This document shows, in pieces, positions 36,966 to 51,050 of a stretch of 64,000 nt of DNA. Below the pieces are notes generated by a model. That model did not search any database. It was given only the letters and a program-made list of their open reading frames with translations, and had not been told where the DNA came from. Each line of letters starts with the position of its first letter. Position 1 is the stretch's first letter. The stretch is from Malacoraja senta (Eukaryota), in assembly GCA_038087875.1 (NCBI GenBank), contig CM075988.1, positions 19,780,001 through 19,844,000 of the forward strand, written 5' to 3'. Made by a program: the position numbers and the translations under genes.

Positions 36966-37984
36966 AACCATCTTCTATTTTCAGAGAAAGAGGATTGTGT
37001 GACAGGCTACACCACAATGTTAGCCAGCACCAGCTCATCTTCCTTCTGTGGCAAGGCACTCATGGAAACAGTCCCTTAAGCTGGGATACTCCCACACACA
37101 AGCCCGCATCTTGTCCATTCTGGTCAAAGAGCCAACTGGCCTTCAAATCATTTAGACATTCTTCACCCAAGCTTACGGGCACCATGAGAAGTATTTCCAA
37201 CACAAATTAGGAAACAGAATCTCTGTTGGACTGGCAATAGAAGCCAAGGAATTATTAAATATTAGCAGGCATAGCGAGGGCCGTTCTTAAAGAACATGAA
37301 TTTCAGTGAGCCATAGTCATTATCCAAGCTCCCTGCATTTTACAGCAGAATCATAAAAGAATGTAACACAAAAAGCTTTCATTTCCCATTAATGAGCTTA
37401 GAAATCAAGTATGTTCAGGAGAAAAGCAAAGTGTGAGCAAGCTAACACCCTGTGTTTCACCCTGGGTAATTTAATTAATGCCTTTTCTTTTACATAAACG
37501 GAAGCATGTGGCCTTGTCAGTGCACTGTTAGCTTGTTAGTCCTTTGAAGGTCAAAGGCTTTTTGGGTGCCTTCTTTCAAACTGTCTTGACTGAAGTCAAC
37601 TATGCGGAAATGACATTTAAAGAACGTTCCGCTGGGGTTTAATGAGCAGGGATCCCTGCGACGCATTTTGTTGTTATTAATAGCAGGAGATTTGGGAAAA
37701 GCAACATTGCAGTGACACCAATCACTTCGTCAAAAGAGAAGCTCTGTGTTACTTGAAAACAAATTGGACTTCATTTCCATAAACTACTTCTTTATAATAT
37801 ACAATGCTACAGACAACTCTACAGCAACTGAAATTCAGTCAGCTTCATCACTAGTATTCAGCGGCAAGAGAAAATTGAGATCCTCAGAGAGTCTTATCGT
37901 AGGTGAAACATTAACTGGTTTAACTTTTCACAGGATGAAGTGAAAATCAAGAAAAAACTGCAGATGCTGGAAATCATGTTTGCA

Positions 37985-38408
37985 AATCATAGAGGTAGTC
38001 TTAACCCCTTCGGCCCATTGGGTCTACTCTGCCATTAGATCATGAATCTATTTTTTCCCTCTCAACCCCATGCTCCTGCCTTCTCCCTGTAAACTTTGAC
38101 ATCCTTACTAATCAAGATCCTATCAATCTCCACTTTAGAAATACCCAATGACTTTGCCTCCTCTGCTGTCTGTGGCAATGAATGCCACAAATTCATCACA
38201 CTCTGGCTAAAGAAAGTCCTCATCTCCTTTCTTAAGGTATATCCTTTTATTCTGACTCTGCGCCCTCTGCTCCTAGATTCTCCCACTAGTGGAAATGTGC
38301 TCTCCACATCCACTCCATCTAGGCCTTTCATTATTCAGTAGGTTTCAATGAGATTCCCCCTCATCTTTCTAAACTCCAGCGAGTACAGGCCCAGAGCCGT
38401 CAAACTCT
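37985..38408 (-). mobile_element. CR1 LINE fragment
   Basis: KGLDGVDVESTFPLVGESRSRG...FFSQSVMNLWHSLP. Confidence 0.85.
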
Positions 38409-38615
38409 TTAAAGAAAACAGGGTAGTTGGCCGAAGAAGCTAACTCTGTTTCTCTTCTGGAATTAAAATTGATGACATTGGAAAATTTCAGAAAGGCAAG
38501 TTTTATACAGGGAGAAACAGTTAACACTTATATCTCTCCCTTCAGCTTTACATTTCACTCCTTTCCTTATCTGACACTCTTTTGTCTCCTTTTCACCTCT
38601 AGTCTTTGTCACTTA

Positions 38616-39219
38616 AGGCTCTGTCTTACCTGTGTGCGGTCATCGGCGGTGAAGCGCGGCGTCGCCGGTAGCGGAGAATGCGCGACAACGGCGAGAGCGG
38701 CGAGCCTATCCACCGGAGCGCCGCACGGGTGCTGCGCGGGGGCCGAGTAATTCAAGCACGGCGGGTCCCACGTGCTTGCGGTAAGTAAACAAAAGGGCGG
38801 GCCGACTGCGATGACGTCGGCCCGCCGCACGTGACTCACGAGCGGCGGCTGTGGCGGCGGCCATCCTGATCGCGGCGCTGTAGCGGTGGCTGTGCCTGCG
38901 GCCGTGCAGCACACGTGCCTCACTGGCGGAGGCACGTGCCTCACTGGCGGAGGCTGCGGCAGTGGAGGTTTGACGCACGGCGCTCGAGCCACACTGGCGG
39001 CGGCCCGTGCGGGCGGCCGTGCCGCACATGTGCATCACTGGTGGAGGTTGTGCGGTGAGTATATAGTTTTCGACATTGTCGATTTTATTTTAGCACCGTG
39101 CGGTGTTGGGAACACCGCCGCACGGCCCCGGAATTGTACGTTCTCACGAGTGCGCGGTCTATGGCGGCAGATTCTTCCCGTTTCGCCGCCAATGACCGCA
39201 GACTCGTGAGACAGGCCTT
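38616..39219. mobile_element. Non-autonomous PIF/Harbinger-like MITE
   Basis: ~40-bp imperfect TIRs and TTA TSD (38613-38615, 39220-39222). Inserted in a Penelope fragment whose uninterrupted homolog lies at ~6626-6720. Confidence 0.82.
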
Positions 39220-40791
39220 TTACTCTTCCCATCAGCCATCACCCCTCCCCTCACCTGTACCCATCTATCACTTGCCAGAAGATAGACACAAAATACTGGA
39301 GTAACTTAACGGGACTGGCAGCATCTCTGGAGAGAAGGAATGGGTGATGTTTCGGGTCGACACCACTTGCCAGGCCTTGTCATGCCCCCACCTCTCTTTT
39401 CCAGTTTCCTCCCCTCTACTCAATCAGTCTGAGGAGGGTTGATAGTCGTCTATCAGAACTGGGGAAATTTAGAGATAAACACAATGCAATAAAGGGGGGG
39501 GAAGGGTAACAGAGTGAGTCTGTGATGGAGTGGCTGGCAAGATCTACTAAATGACAGAAGGACTGGTGACACCAGACAATGACAGGTGCATCTGCAATTC
39601 AATAAAAAGCCGTCTGCAGTTTCAACTGTTCCAATCTTTTCTCCAAAAAAATATTTTCCGATCTTTCCTCCAATGAAATCATCCAGAAACACTTGTGATG
39701 AATTTAATGCAGTCGGCTCTCTCCCAATTCCCAGCATTATGGAGTTCTGCAGGAAGCGATGGGTAATAATTTTGTTTCCCAGGTGCTGTTTTATCTTTCA
39801 GCCACATTTCTATCACTGCTAAGTATTTCCTTTAAGTTTAATTATCTGTCAAATTAATTAAAAATGATGTATTGTGACAGATGATATGCACTGTTACAAA
39901 TGATAATTAATCAGACAACTGCCTGGAACTTTAGTCCAGCACCTAAATAAATGAAGTTATGCATCTTTAATACCAACCATGGAGGCGGACAGATTTGAGT
40001 CCACTGAGATATTTCATTAATTGTTGTATTTCTGCCAGTATAATTTTTGTGGGGAGATATATTTCTCCGCAAAGCCTGTGGTTGAAGCTACATCCAATTA
40101 GCTCCAATGGTGGAGAATTGCATTCTCTCATCATTGAGCCATCTGGATGAAGGTCAAGGCTTGTGGGCACTGGTTGCAAAGTGGAAGAATAGTTGAGATG
40201 CCAATTATAAGCATTGTCATGCTTCGGTTTTAGAGTGTGCTTTGGGAGAGGAAGGAAAGGGCTGATTAAGACGGAGGATTTTACATATCTTTTACGTCTT
40301 GGATGTAAATCAATTTGAAAATACTCTATGCACTATCCGGATATGTTTACATAACGTTTCATCCATTACATTTTTAACCACCCCATGCAGATATTTCAAT
40401 AAATATTTTAACCAGGTTTCAGCTCATGTCCAAACAAGTTTCTATCCACTGACTTCAATGAAAATTGTACTGAGAAAATTACCAATTAAAGACTCTCACC
40501 AGCTCCTTGCATCTCCTATCTTTGGCATTGCTACCATTAGCAACAACCACCGGGGCAGCACAGAAGCAACTCGAAGGTAGAATTCACTCATTAGGCTAAA
40601 ATAATTATGAATTGTTGCACATCGTCGCCCAATGACAATGACCTCCTGTACATTATTGATGAAATTAACATACTTAATGATTCAACAGCCATCTAAGTTT
40701 GGATTATCTCCACCATGCTTTCTGGTGATTTAGATCTAAAAACTGGTGGTTTCATCTACAGGGTTCAAGAACAAAATCACAAGTTTCAGAT

Positions 40792-41010
40792 AGAGCAAAA
40801 CGCAAAGCACTGAAGGAACTCTGGATCAGGCAGCATCGTGGAGAGAATGGACTGATGACGTTTCGGGTTTAGATGCTTCATCAGAGTGAATCCATCTTAT
40901 GAAAAAAGTTGTCTATCCATTCCCTCCACAGATGCTGCCTGACATGCTGAGTTCCTCCAGCACTGTGTTTTGCTCAAGATTCCAGCATCCGCAGTTTCTT
41001 GTGTCTCCAT
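40792..41010. mobile_element. Palindromic Penelope pLTR insertion
   Basis: Inverted arms; TTTCAGAT duplicated at 40784-40791 and 41011-41018. Confidence 0.7.
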
Positions 41011-41689
41011 TTTCAGATGCACGGCAGACTGAAGATTAACTTGTCCTCAACATTCGAGCCTTGGTCCCCTTTAATCTGCTCCTTGAGGCAGCTCTGAGTG
41101 AGAGGGTTCTGTACATCTTGCTTCATTCAATATCTGCAGAGAATGGAACCAGAAGACCTAGTTTCCATCACCATCTATAGCAGCGTTTCTCTCAGAGCAT
41201 CAGAGTTTTAACACAAGTTAAACTCTAAATGGTGAATGCTGGGCCCATTGTTGTTTGCGGTTTATATCAACGATCTGGATGAGAATGTATAAGGCATGAT
41301 TAGTACGTTTGCGCATGACACTAAATGGAATCTAAAATAATTTTCAGAAATGCTATCCATGAAGCGCATGGTTTAACTATTCTAGTTTTCCACTTACAAT
41401 CTCATTTTATGTCTCCTGAGAAGTAAGCAGTCGCCACGTCACTCTCTGTGGCTCTCCTACCTGTTGCATGATAATCCCCTTTGCTATTATGTCATCAAGG
41501 CAGCCAGTGTACAATTAATGACTCAATTCAAGATGTATGGCAATTTTGCACCAGTGCATCAAACTACATTCACTGAATTTTCTCAACATTAACATGAAGA
41601 CATAGTCCTTTGAAAATCAATGAGCCAGTTGCCTGGATTCAGAAGCAAAGTGATGATACTCACCAACGACCTGAAAGAAAGCTGCCCAC

Positions 41690-42372
41690 AATGTACCAGT
41701 ATCTCATGGTTCCCTGAAAGTGGTGAGTCAGGTGGAACGTGTAGTAAAGGCCTTTGGCCCACTTGCTCTCAATGGGAAGGTTATTGCGTACAAATGTTGG
41801 AACATCATGTTGTAACTGTATAAGTCATTGGGGAGACCACACTTGGAGTACTGTGTGCAGTTCTGGTCGCCCAGCCACAGGAAGGATTCCATTAAGTTGG
41901 AAAAGGTGCAGAATAGATACACCAGGATGCTCCCTGGGTTTACTGGCTTGAGTTATGGGGAAAGGTTGCGTATGCTTGGACATTTTTCTTTGGAGAGTAG
42001 GAGGCTGATGGTGACTTTATTGAGGTGTGTAAGATCATGAGGAGCATGGATAAAGTGAACACTAACTGTCTTTTCACAGGGTGGAGGATTCTAAAACTAG
42101 AAGGCAGAGTGGCCATATGCTTAAGATGAGAGGGGACAGATTTAAGAGGGACCTCAGGGGGCACCTTTTTCACTCAGAAGGTAGTCCGTATCTGAAATGA
42201 ACTACAGAGGAAGCCATAACAGTGGGTACAATGACGACTTTTAAAATATATTTGGACATATATATGAATAGGAAGAGTTTAGAGGGCTATGGGCCAAATG
42301 GGACTTGCCAGTATGCCAACTTGGTCGGCGTTGATTGTGGCCTGCTGTATAGTTCTGTGACCCTCTGACTCT
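41690..42372 (+). mobile_element. CR1 LINE fragment
   Basis: RPHLEYCVQFWSP..LEKVQNRYTRMLPG..LSYGERL. A further RT piece lies at ~41225-41325. Confidence 0.88.
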
Positions 42373-43744
42373 GCAGGGTGAATTTTCCTTTCCCCAATAT
42401 TGGTTATACCTGGGAATCAGTTCAATAGGATGCTTGACATCCAAGATGCCAGCCACCCAGTTGAACTCCACACTGCTTGGAATTTAAGTTTGTACTTGGA
42501 TCTTGCATTCCTTGCCTAAGATGCAAAGCAAGTTTGGGAAAGAAAGGAAAATCATGGACCTTACAGCCTTAAATATCCCAGGCCCACCAACTGCTTACGG
42601 GGTGTGTGGCCTTATGGTCAGGTCACTGAATCCGTTACCCCAATGCCTGCACATGAACAGAGACACGAGCTGCACCCTTGCCAATGCACTAATAAATAAA
42701 TCTAGAGTGAAAACTTTTCTAACAATGGTATCACTGACACCACAACATTGCCATCTGGATCACAAGTGGCATCTTTGGAGAAGGAAATGTCAAATTTTCA
42801 TGTGCCCCTGTGTTTAGACAGTTAACACTTAGATGACCTCTGAACTTGCCCAGAATGTACAGCAAAGCAAGGACCATTTAGGGACTGGGAATAAAATCTA
42901 GCCTTACCTGTCCAAATTCTTCTTTGAAAAACTTTTCAACAAAAGTATTTTCCTTGACCGGATAGTACACAACAAAAAAAAACTTTTCACTGCACCATGT
43001 TACACGTTACAATAATATATCAAACTAAACAACTGAAGAATGATTTTAAAAAAAAGATAGATATGGTGACAAAGACTAGACCAAAAAAAAAGTCTCAATT
43101 TCTTCAAAGGTGGAAAGAAATCTGACACCGAACATGCCTGGATCAATGGGCATAACCATAACCGTCTATGATCATGACATACAAATAAAAAATGACGTAT
43201 TCATATCTAGGTTCCTCCTCATGCTGTTCGGAGAGGGCAATGGTTAAGTAGCATGTGAGTCATTATTGAGAATGATTAAAATATATTAAGTATTGTTATA
43301 AGTCTGTGGGTAATTACTAACAAAGCCCTAACTGTTATGACTATGATTGATGGAAGTGTAGTAGAAGTGGTAAATATTAATAGTTGCTGAATATTAAATG
43401 TATTTCAATTCAGGAGAAGCCAGCACATATTGTAACATAGTGTGAATTGTGTACTTAAAGTGAGCAAGGAAAGTGAATATGCTCTCTCACGTAATTCACA
43501 TAACACAGGGCAGTCAGGCTTGTACCATTGTCCACTGCCCTGTGTTCACACCATGCATCTTGCCAGTTCACTGGCTGTGAACCTTGGGACAACCGGGTAT
43601 TGTTGGAATGGCCGTTCAGCAGATTCCTAATTGACCCTGGGAAACGCTACTGGAAGATCCTGACAGGATTTGAATGTCAAGAAAAATCTCAAAATCACAT
43701 GCAGCAGGACAGGCAGCATCGATGGAGAGAGTAAGATAATTATC

Positions 43745-44270
43745 TGTTTTAGTTGGCCCATTACAGAAAGGATGTGAAGGCTTTGGAGAGGGTGGAGGAG
43801 AGGATTACTAGAATGCTGCCTTGATTTCGAGGATATTAGCTATAAGGAGAGGCTGAATAAACTTGGATTGATTTCTCTGGACCGTTGGATGTTGAGGGGT
43901 GATGAGATATTATTTTATAAACATATGAGACCCATAGATAGGGTAGACAGTCAGAAAAATTTCCCCAGGACGGAAATAACATAGACTGGGGCATAGTTTG
44001 AAGATCAGAGGGGGAAAGTTTAAAGAAGATGTGCAGAGCAAGTTTTATATTCACACAAAGTGGTGGGTGCCTGGAACGCACTGCCTGGGGTGGTAGTGGA
44101 GCCAGATATGATCGTGACATTTAAGAGCCTTTTACATAGGCAGATAGATATGCAGGGAATGGAGGGATCTGGATCACATGTTGGCAGAGGAGATGAGTTT
44201 AACAGCATCATACTCAACATTAACATCTTGGGTCGAAGGGCCTAGTCCCATGCTGTACTGTTCTACGTTT
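43745..44270 (+). mobile_element. CR1 LINE fragment
   Basis: LERVEE..TRML..SYKERL..VVGAWNALP and 3' UTR. Confidence 0.8.
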
Positions 44271-44399
44271 TATCATTTCAGTTGGTGGGAAATCCTGAAC
44301 TGGGAGTCACAACCTGAGGAGATAGGATCGGGCATTTAGGACAAAGAGGAGAAAATTCTTCACGCAAAGGGGGGAGAACCTGTAGAGGTCTGAGGCCAA

Positions 44400-44820
44400 A
44401 TAAAGTCATACAGCACAGAAACAGGCCCTTCAACCCAACTTGCCCATGCTGATCAAAGTGCCCCATCTACACTAGTCCCACCTGGCCTCGTTTTGCCCAT
44501 ATCGCTCTAAACCTTTCCAATCCATGTATCTGGTCAAATGTCTTTAAAAGTGTAGTTATAGTACCTGCCTCAACTACCTCCTCTGGGAGTTTATTCTATA
44601 TATCTACCATCCTCTGTCTGAAAATGTTGCCGCTCAGATTTCTATTAAATATTTCTCCTCTCGCTTTAAACCTATGTTCTCTGGTTCTTGATTGTCCTAC
44701 TCTAGGAAAAAGACCCTGTGCATTCACTCTATCTATTCCACTCATAATTTTATACACCTCTGTAAGATCACCCCTCAGCCTCCTGAACTCCAGTCCTAGC
44801 CTGTCCAACCTCTCGCTCTA
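44400..44820 (-). mobile_element. CR1 LINE fragment
   Basis: RRLRGDLTEVYKIMSGIDRVN..SRTREH. Confidence 0.85.
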
Positions 44821-45599
44821 TCTCTCTCGCTCTGCTTATAGATTAGATACTTTTTGTACCTCGTCTGCCCAATCCCATCAGGATATTATGAAGGATGTTC
44901 GGTTGGTAATTCTGTTTGAACGGCAAGAACTGGAGCACAGATGACTGTGAGAGAGCTGCAGCATTGCACGTCTCCTTGCAGACACGCTGACAGAGGACTG
45001 GGACCACGCTTCCTGTCTGCCTCTCTGCAGGAGAACAGCAAGTGGCCCGTTGGGAAGAGAAACGATTAATAATATTGCCATGGAATGTGCTTCCACCGCC
45101 ACTTGTAATTGAGGAATCTCGATGATGCTGAATGCTAATTTGAGACATCTGGCTGATGTGAAAAATGCAACAGCTGCTAATTATCATCAGAAAGCTGCTT
45201 GCTTTGGTGGTTCTTCATTAACCATTTGAACGATCAGAACAATAGTGCAGGGACTAAACCAGCTTTTACATCGTCAGAGGAAGATCTTGAAAGACTTGCT
45301 GAAAAAGATGTCTGACAGACATAATTAAAAGCCTTTCTTTTGGCTTTGTTAGCTCATACTTAGAAGACAATTGAGGTTCAGCAATTTCATTTCTTTGGCA
45401 TTCTGTACAACTGAATGCTTTTCAAATTCTCACTCAAGATCCTTCTAACTTAGCTCCCCTGACTTGCAAGTGAATTGAGGGTGTGTGATACCTTTCAATA
45501 GCATCTTTCACATCACAGTTTAAAAGGCACCAAGCTGTTTTACAATCAAGTGACGTCTCTGATTTAGTGGAGAAGATAAGCAGTCGATCTGTACACAGC

Positions 45600-46030
45600 A
45601 AGAGTCAAGACTCTTGACTCAAGAGAGAGTCAAGAGTGTTTAATTGTCACACGTACCGGCAACAGAACAATGCAATTCTTACTTGCTGCAGCTTAACTGT
45701 CCCATTAACACAATAACACCACAAATAAGTATGCAGTAAACAATAATACAATAAATTAATAAGCAGTGATATTTGGTAACTACTCCATAATAGTGCAAAA
45801 CGGAAGCACATAATGCTACCAAAACAAAGTCCATAGTAGGTTGCTGCTGAGGTAGGGTTGTGCAGTGTTCAAGAGCCTTATGGTTGCTGGTAAGAGGCTG
45901 TTTTTCAACCTAGATGTCATGGTTTTCAGGCTCCTGTAGCTGCTTCCCAATGGTAGTGGTGATACAAGAGTGTGGTCAGGGCGGTGTGGGTCTTTGATGA
46001 TATTAGCTGCTGTTTTGTGGTGCGCTCCGT
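45600..46030 (-). mobile_element. Rex1/Babar-type LINE 3' fragment
   Basis: IIKDPHRPDHTLVSPLPLGSSYRSLKTMTSRLKNSLLPATIRLLN, then GTGACAATTAAA tail. Related pieces at 52320-52770 (-), 57640-57940 (-), 58970-59240 (-), 61880-62165 (+). Confidence 0.8.
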
Positions 46031-46049
46031 CACAGAGCAATCTTATAAT

Positions 46050-46565
46050 GTCTGATTATCTGTTGAAGTGATACTGATTAAGCTGACATCAATGATAATT
46101 CCACTATTCTTTTACAGAGATTACGACAGGATCTTTCTTACATCCATCTTAGAAGTTAGGGCATTAGTTTTCACATTGCATTACCAGACAGTCCCTTCAA
46201 CTTTGCAGAAAGAAGGAACTGCAGATGCTGGTTAATACACAAAAGGACACAAAGTGCTGGAGTAACTCAGCAGGTCAGGCTACAGGTGAGGAGAACATGA
46301 ATAGGCCACGTTTGGGTTGAAACCCTTCATCCTGAAGGTGCGTTTCGACCCACAACATCTCGACCCAAAATGTTACCTATCCATGTGCTCCAGAGATACT
46401 GCCTGACCCGCTGAGTTACTCCAGCATTTTGTGTCTTTCCTTCAACTGTGCAGCACTCTTTCAGTACACCACGGAAGGGTCAGCCCACATTTTAGTGGTC
46501 AAGTTTGTGGCTTGAACAAAGGACCTTCTGACTCAGGAGTAGGAGTAATGACCACTGAGACACGG
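46050..46565 (-). mobile_element. Old SacSINE/AmnSINE-like (Deu-domain) SINE relic
   Basis: GTGCAGCACTCTTTCAGTAC...GTCAGCC...CTTGAAC...CCTTCTGACTCAG...CCACTGAG matches my recollection of this family. Weaker relics near 24100-24180 and 59970-60140. Confidence 0.55.
46209..46438. mobile_element. Palindromic Penelope pLTR insertion inside an old SINE
   Basis: Inverted arms; 15-bp duplication CCTTCAACT(T/G)TGCAG at 46194-46208 and 46439-46453. Confidence 0.8.
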
Positions 46566-47069
46566 ACAGCAGAAGCCACCGAGAGAGACAAGGGGGTTGT
46601 AATAGGTAGCTTGCCCCAGGAGGCATGCAGACGTGATGTTCTCTCTCATTCTATGAATATGCTGAACATGACCCAAATGCAAATTGAACCGAAAGACATG
46701 TTTCACTGCTGTTCACAGAATTGGTTTGCTGCAAATTTATCATTTCTGACAGAAGAATTCATGTGCCTGATATTTGGCATCAATTATCTGTATTTGACAG
46801 ATCACAAACAGTACCCACTCATTACTCTTTGCTCTTTCATCCCCAACACTGTTAGTCAAGGTATCAACCTGCCCTGTACCCTCTTTGCAAGAGCACATAC
46901 AGCTGGAGGCCTCGGCCTACCTTTGTGCTCTTCCTGATGTGAGCTCAGCTTGGGAAAGAGTGGCTGAGAAAATTCCCTTCATCATACTGTCCTTTCCTTT
47001 TCCCACTCACTAATTATTAAAACACTAGTACTACTGTCAAACTCCCTCATGGAGTTCCTGTGTCCACTA

Positions 47070-47503
47070 TAAAACATAGAATAGTGCAGCGCAGAAACAG
47101 ATCCTTCGGTCAACAAGGTTCCTGTCGAGCATGATGTCGTTAAATTAATCTCCTCTGTCTGAACATGATCCATATCCCTCCATTCCTTGCATACCCATGT
47201 GTATATCCATAGGCCTCTTAAATGCCACTATCACATCTGCTACAACCACAGCCCTGTGTAAAAAAAAAACTTGGCACGCTCATCTTCTTTAAACTTTGTC
47301 CCTCTCACCATAAAGCCATGCACTCTAGTCTTTGACATCTCCACCCGAGGCAAAAGGTTTTGACTGTCTACCATACCTATGCCTCTCATTATTTTATGAA
47401 TTTATATCAGGTCTCCCCTCAATCTCCTCAGCTCCAGTGAAAACAATACAAGTTTGCCCAATCTCTCCTTTCAGCCAATACCCTCTAACCCAGGCAGCAT
47501 TCT
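47070..47503 (-). mobile_element. CR1 LINE fragment
   Basis: CR1 3' UTR and GDL remnants. Confidence 0.75.
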
Positions 47504-47504
47504 A

Positions 47505-48760
47505 CTGCCTTGAAATTCTACTAACTTCCACCCTGCCCTCACATTTTCTTCAAGTTAAAGGAGTAGCTAACGGCACTCGCATGGGTCCCATCTATGCCTG
47601 CCTCTTTGTTGGTTATGTTGAGCAGTCCTTGTTCCAAATGTACACTGACACTATCCCCAACTCTTTCTCCGCTACATTAACAACTCAATCGGGTCTGCTT
47701 CCATTCAGAACTCGTGGATTTCATTAACTTCACCACTAACTTCCACCCCCTGCTCTCAAATTTATTTGGACTCTCTCTGTCACCTCTTTCCCCTTTCTTG
47801 ATCTCTCTGCCCCTATCACACGGGACAGACTATTGACTGATGTCTACTAAAGACCTACTGACCTACTTTAATAGGAATCCGAGGGGTAACTTTTTCACAC
47901 AAAGGGTGGTGGGTGTATGGAACAAGCTGGGACTTGTTGAGGCTGGGACTACCCCATCGTTTAAGAAACAGTTAGACAGGTATATGGATAGGACAGGTTT
48001 GGAGGGATATAGACCAGGCGCAGACAAGTGGGACGAGTGTAGCTGGGACATTGTTGGCCGGTGTGGGTGAGTTGGGCTGAAGGGCCTGTTTCCACACTGT
48101 ATAACTCTATGACGCTATGACTCCCACAGTTATCTGGACTACACCACCTTCTGCCCTGTTCCCAAGATGAGACTTTGCATTCTAGGACATCCAAGATGTC
48201 CTCTTTCTTTAGTAAACATGGTTTCCCCCCTGCTGTTATAGGTGGATCCCTGATCCGCATCTCCTCAGTGTCCCGTGGTTCTGCTCTCGCTCGCCCTGCC
48301 CCCCCAACCACTCCCCCTCCCTACCCCAGAGAGAACAAGGATAGAGCTTCCCTGGTCCTCACCTTTTCCCTCACAAAGCCTCCACATCCAACACATCATT
48401 CTCTGAAATTTCAACATGAATCCATCATTAGTCACATCTTCCCAAACCCACCCACTTTCCACCTTCCACAGAGATCACTCCATCCACTCCATCACTTGGT
48501 TCACTTATCCCTTCCCACCAAGGTACTTTCCTCTGCAACCACAGGAAATGTAACACCTGTCCTGATACTTTCTCCCTCACCTCCTTTCCAGGAACCCCAT
48601 CAGTCCTTCCAGGTGCAACAGTGGTTCACATGCACCTCCTCTAACCTCACCTACCGCAGCCAGTGTTCCTGATATGGCCTCCTGTACATTGGCACGACCA
48701 AGCGTAGACGTGCGACTGTTTCACTGTGCATGCGCTTAGTCCATCAAGACCAACTTATAC
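47505..48760 (+). mobile_element. Penelope-like element relic (RT + GIY-YIG endonuclease), CR1 fragment inserted at 47863-48121
   Basis: HFLQVKGVANGTRMGPIYACLFVGYVE (PLE RT), FLDL, a PTD|SHSYLDY motif split by the CR1, then FTCTSSNLTY...LLYIGTTKRR (GIY-YIG). Confidence 0.88.
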
Positions 48761-49235
48761 TCTTATACTCAATGCCCCCACAGCTCTTTGACTCCAGGAT
48801 AGGCATTCCCTCTGCTCTACCCATTGGCGTACACTTGTTTACCATTTACAATAAACTTCAACATGAACATGAACTACATTCCCATTCTCTGGAAACCCCA
48901 GGTAACCTCACATTACTAATCCCTCCCCGAATCTAGAAAGCTTCCTTACATTCTCGTTAATTGTAGCTTCAGCCCCATTCAAAGCTTCTTTCATTTTCTC
49001 TTTCCCTTTAACTTATTATCCACATGCGTAAGAAGTTGCAAGACATGTGTCTTGTATTTGAGGAAAGCTGCACAATTTGAACTTCTATCTTTATAACATA
49101 GAACAAAGGCATAAAAAGTATCAAGTGAATCTAAGTGTCAATTACATAGTTATCGATGGATCTGCTGTTCCAAAAATTATGACTGTGTGACAGAATAGTA
49201 TGCTGGAAAAACATAATAAAAGATTAAAAGATATT

Positions 49236-49535
49236 TTAGTTTAGTTCAGCGTTTAGAGATACAGCATGGAAACCAGCTCTTCGGCCCCCCAAGTCCTTGC
49301 TGACCAGCGATCACCCATACTCTAAATCTATCCTACACACCAGGGACAGTTAAAGAAGCCAATTAAGCTACAAACCTGCACGCCTTTTGAATATGGGAGG
49401 AAACCAGAGCATCTGGAGAAAACCCACGCGGTCACAGAAATAAAGTACAAACTCGGCACAGACAGCACCCGTAGTCAGGATCGAACCAGGGTGTCTGGCA
49501 ACTTAAGGCAGCAACTCTATTGCTGCACCATTGTC
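49236..49535 (-). mobile_element. HE1/V-type tRNA SINE
   Basis: Same architecture as 31626-31952. Confidence 0.85.
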
Positions 49536-50004
49536 CACCGTAAATACCTTTTATATGTAAAAAGTATATCCGAAATATGTAATAGAATCATACAGCATGG
49601 AGACGGGCCCTTTAGACCCACAGCACTCATACTGACCATGTTCACTATCTACACTGATCCCATTAAGCTTTTCTTATCTAAGTACCTGTCCAAATGCCAT
49701 TTAAACATTGTAAATGTATCCATCCCAACCACCCCCTTTGGCAGCTCGTTCTAGATAACACCACCCTGTGTGTGAAAAACCTCCCTCTTTCACATTTTTA
49801 CCCTCTCACCTTAAACCTGACCCTTCCAGTTCTGGTCTCATTTGTCCTGGGGAAAAAGCTCTTACCATTTATAACATCTGTGCCCCTCATAATTTCATAT
49901 ACCTTTATATGGATAATCTCTCAGCCTCCTCTGTTCCAAGGAGAATAAAGCTAGCCTATCCAATGTCATTGTAACTGCAGCCATCCATTCTAAGCAACAT
50001 CAAG

Positions 50005-51050
50005 GAATGAATGAATGAATGAATGAATTGTCACATGTGACAAGTCACAGTGAAATTCTTTGCTTGCGTACCCACGGTATGCAAATACAATACAATACAA
50101 TACAATACCATTTATTGTCATTTGAACCTCAAATGAGGTTCAAACGAAATTTGGTTTCTGCAGTCATACAAACAAGTAAAAAGAACCAAGGCACAACACA
50201 ATTTACACAAACATCCATCAGAGCGAATCTCCTCCTCGCTGTGATGGAAGGCAAAGTCTTATCTCTCCCCTGCACTCCCCATTCTCCTCCCGATGTCAGA
50301 TTCAGAGCCCCCGGCGGGTGATGGAAAATAAGTCCCGCAGCCATTAAAGCCGCGCCAGGCGATGCAAGACCGCGCTCCGGGTCTGGATGTTGGAGCCCCC
50401 CCGCAGCGCTAGCAAGTCCCGCCACCATTAAAGCCGCGCCGGGCGATGTTAGACCCAGCTCCAGGTCATCTTCAACCCCGCAACTCGGGCGGGAGAAGTT
50501 GCCGTTGCGGAAGCCCCGAAAAGCGGTCTCCCAGCAGGGACCCGCGAGCTCCCGATGATACCGTCCACCAGACCTGCGCCACATAAGGGTGCTGACAAAG
50601 GTACAAAGTATACACAGTATCCGTGCCAGGTCCCCCTTTGTTCTCCCCCCCCCCCCACGGTGGCCCCACGAACGGCAGGTCCCCATTGTCCATTGTTCTC
50701 CCCTTCCCTCACAGCCCCCCCCCCCCGTTGGGTCCTCCATGTTCCATTTTTATCACCCGCTCCCTCCCTCCCTCCCTCCAGCAGTCCCCCCCCCCCCATG
50801 CTGGGTCCCTATTGTTCATCTCCCCCTCCTCACGGCGCTCCCCCCACACTGGGTCCCTATTGTTCAACCCCCCCCTCCTTTGTTCCTTCCCTTGGCAGCG
50901 GCATCCTTACTCCACGTGGTCCATCCTCGTCCGTCGGTGGACGCCCAACATCGACCGCCCCACCGACCTCTCCGCTATCGCTGCCGGGTCCTCTCCAGAC
51001 GCCTCCATGGCGCCGACCCCGGCCCCAGCCCCAGTCACAAGGTAAATCTC
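50005..51050 (-). mobile_element. CpG-rich non-coding retroposon, copy 4 (composite, two tails)
   Basis: (GAAT)n and (CAATA)n tails on the plus strand, CTGTGATGGAAGGC block, GC-rich body with internal repeats. Confidence 0.6.
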
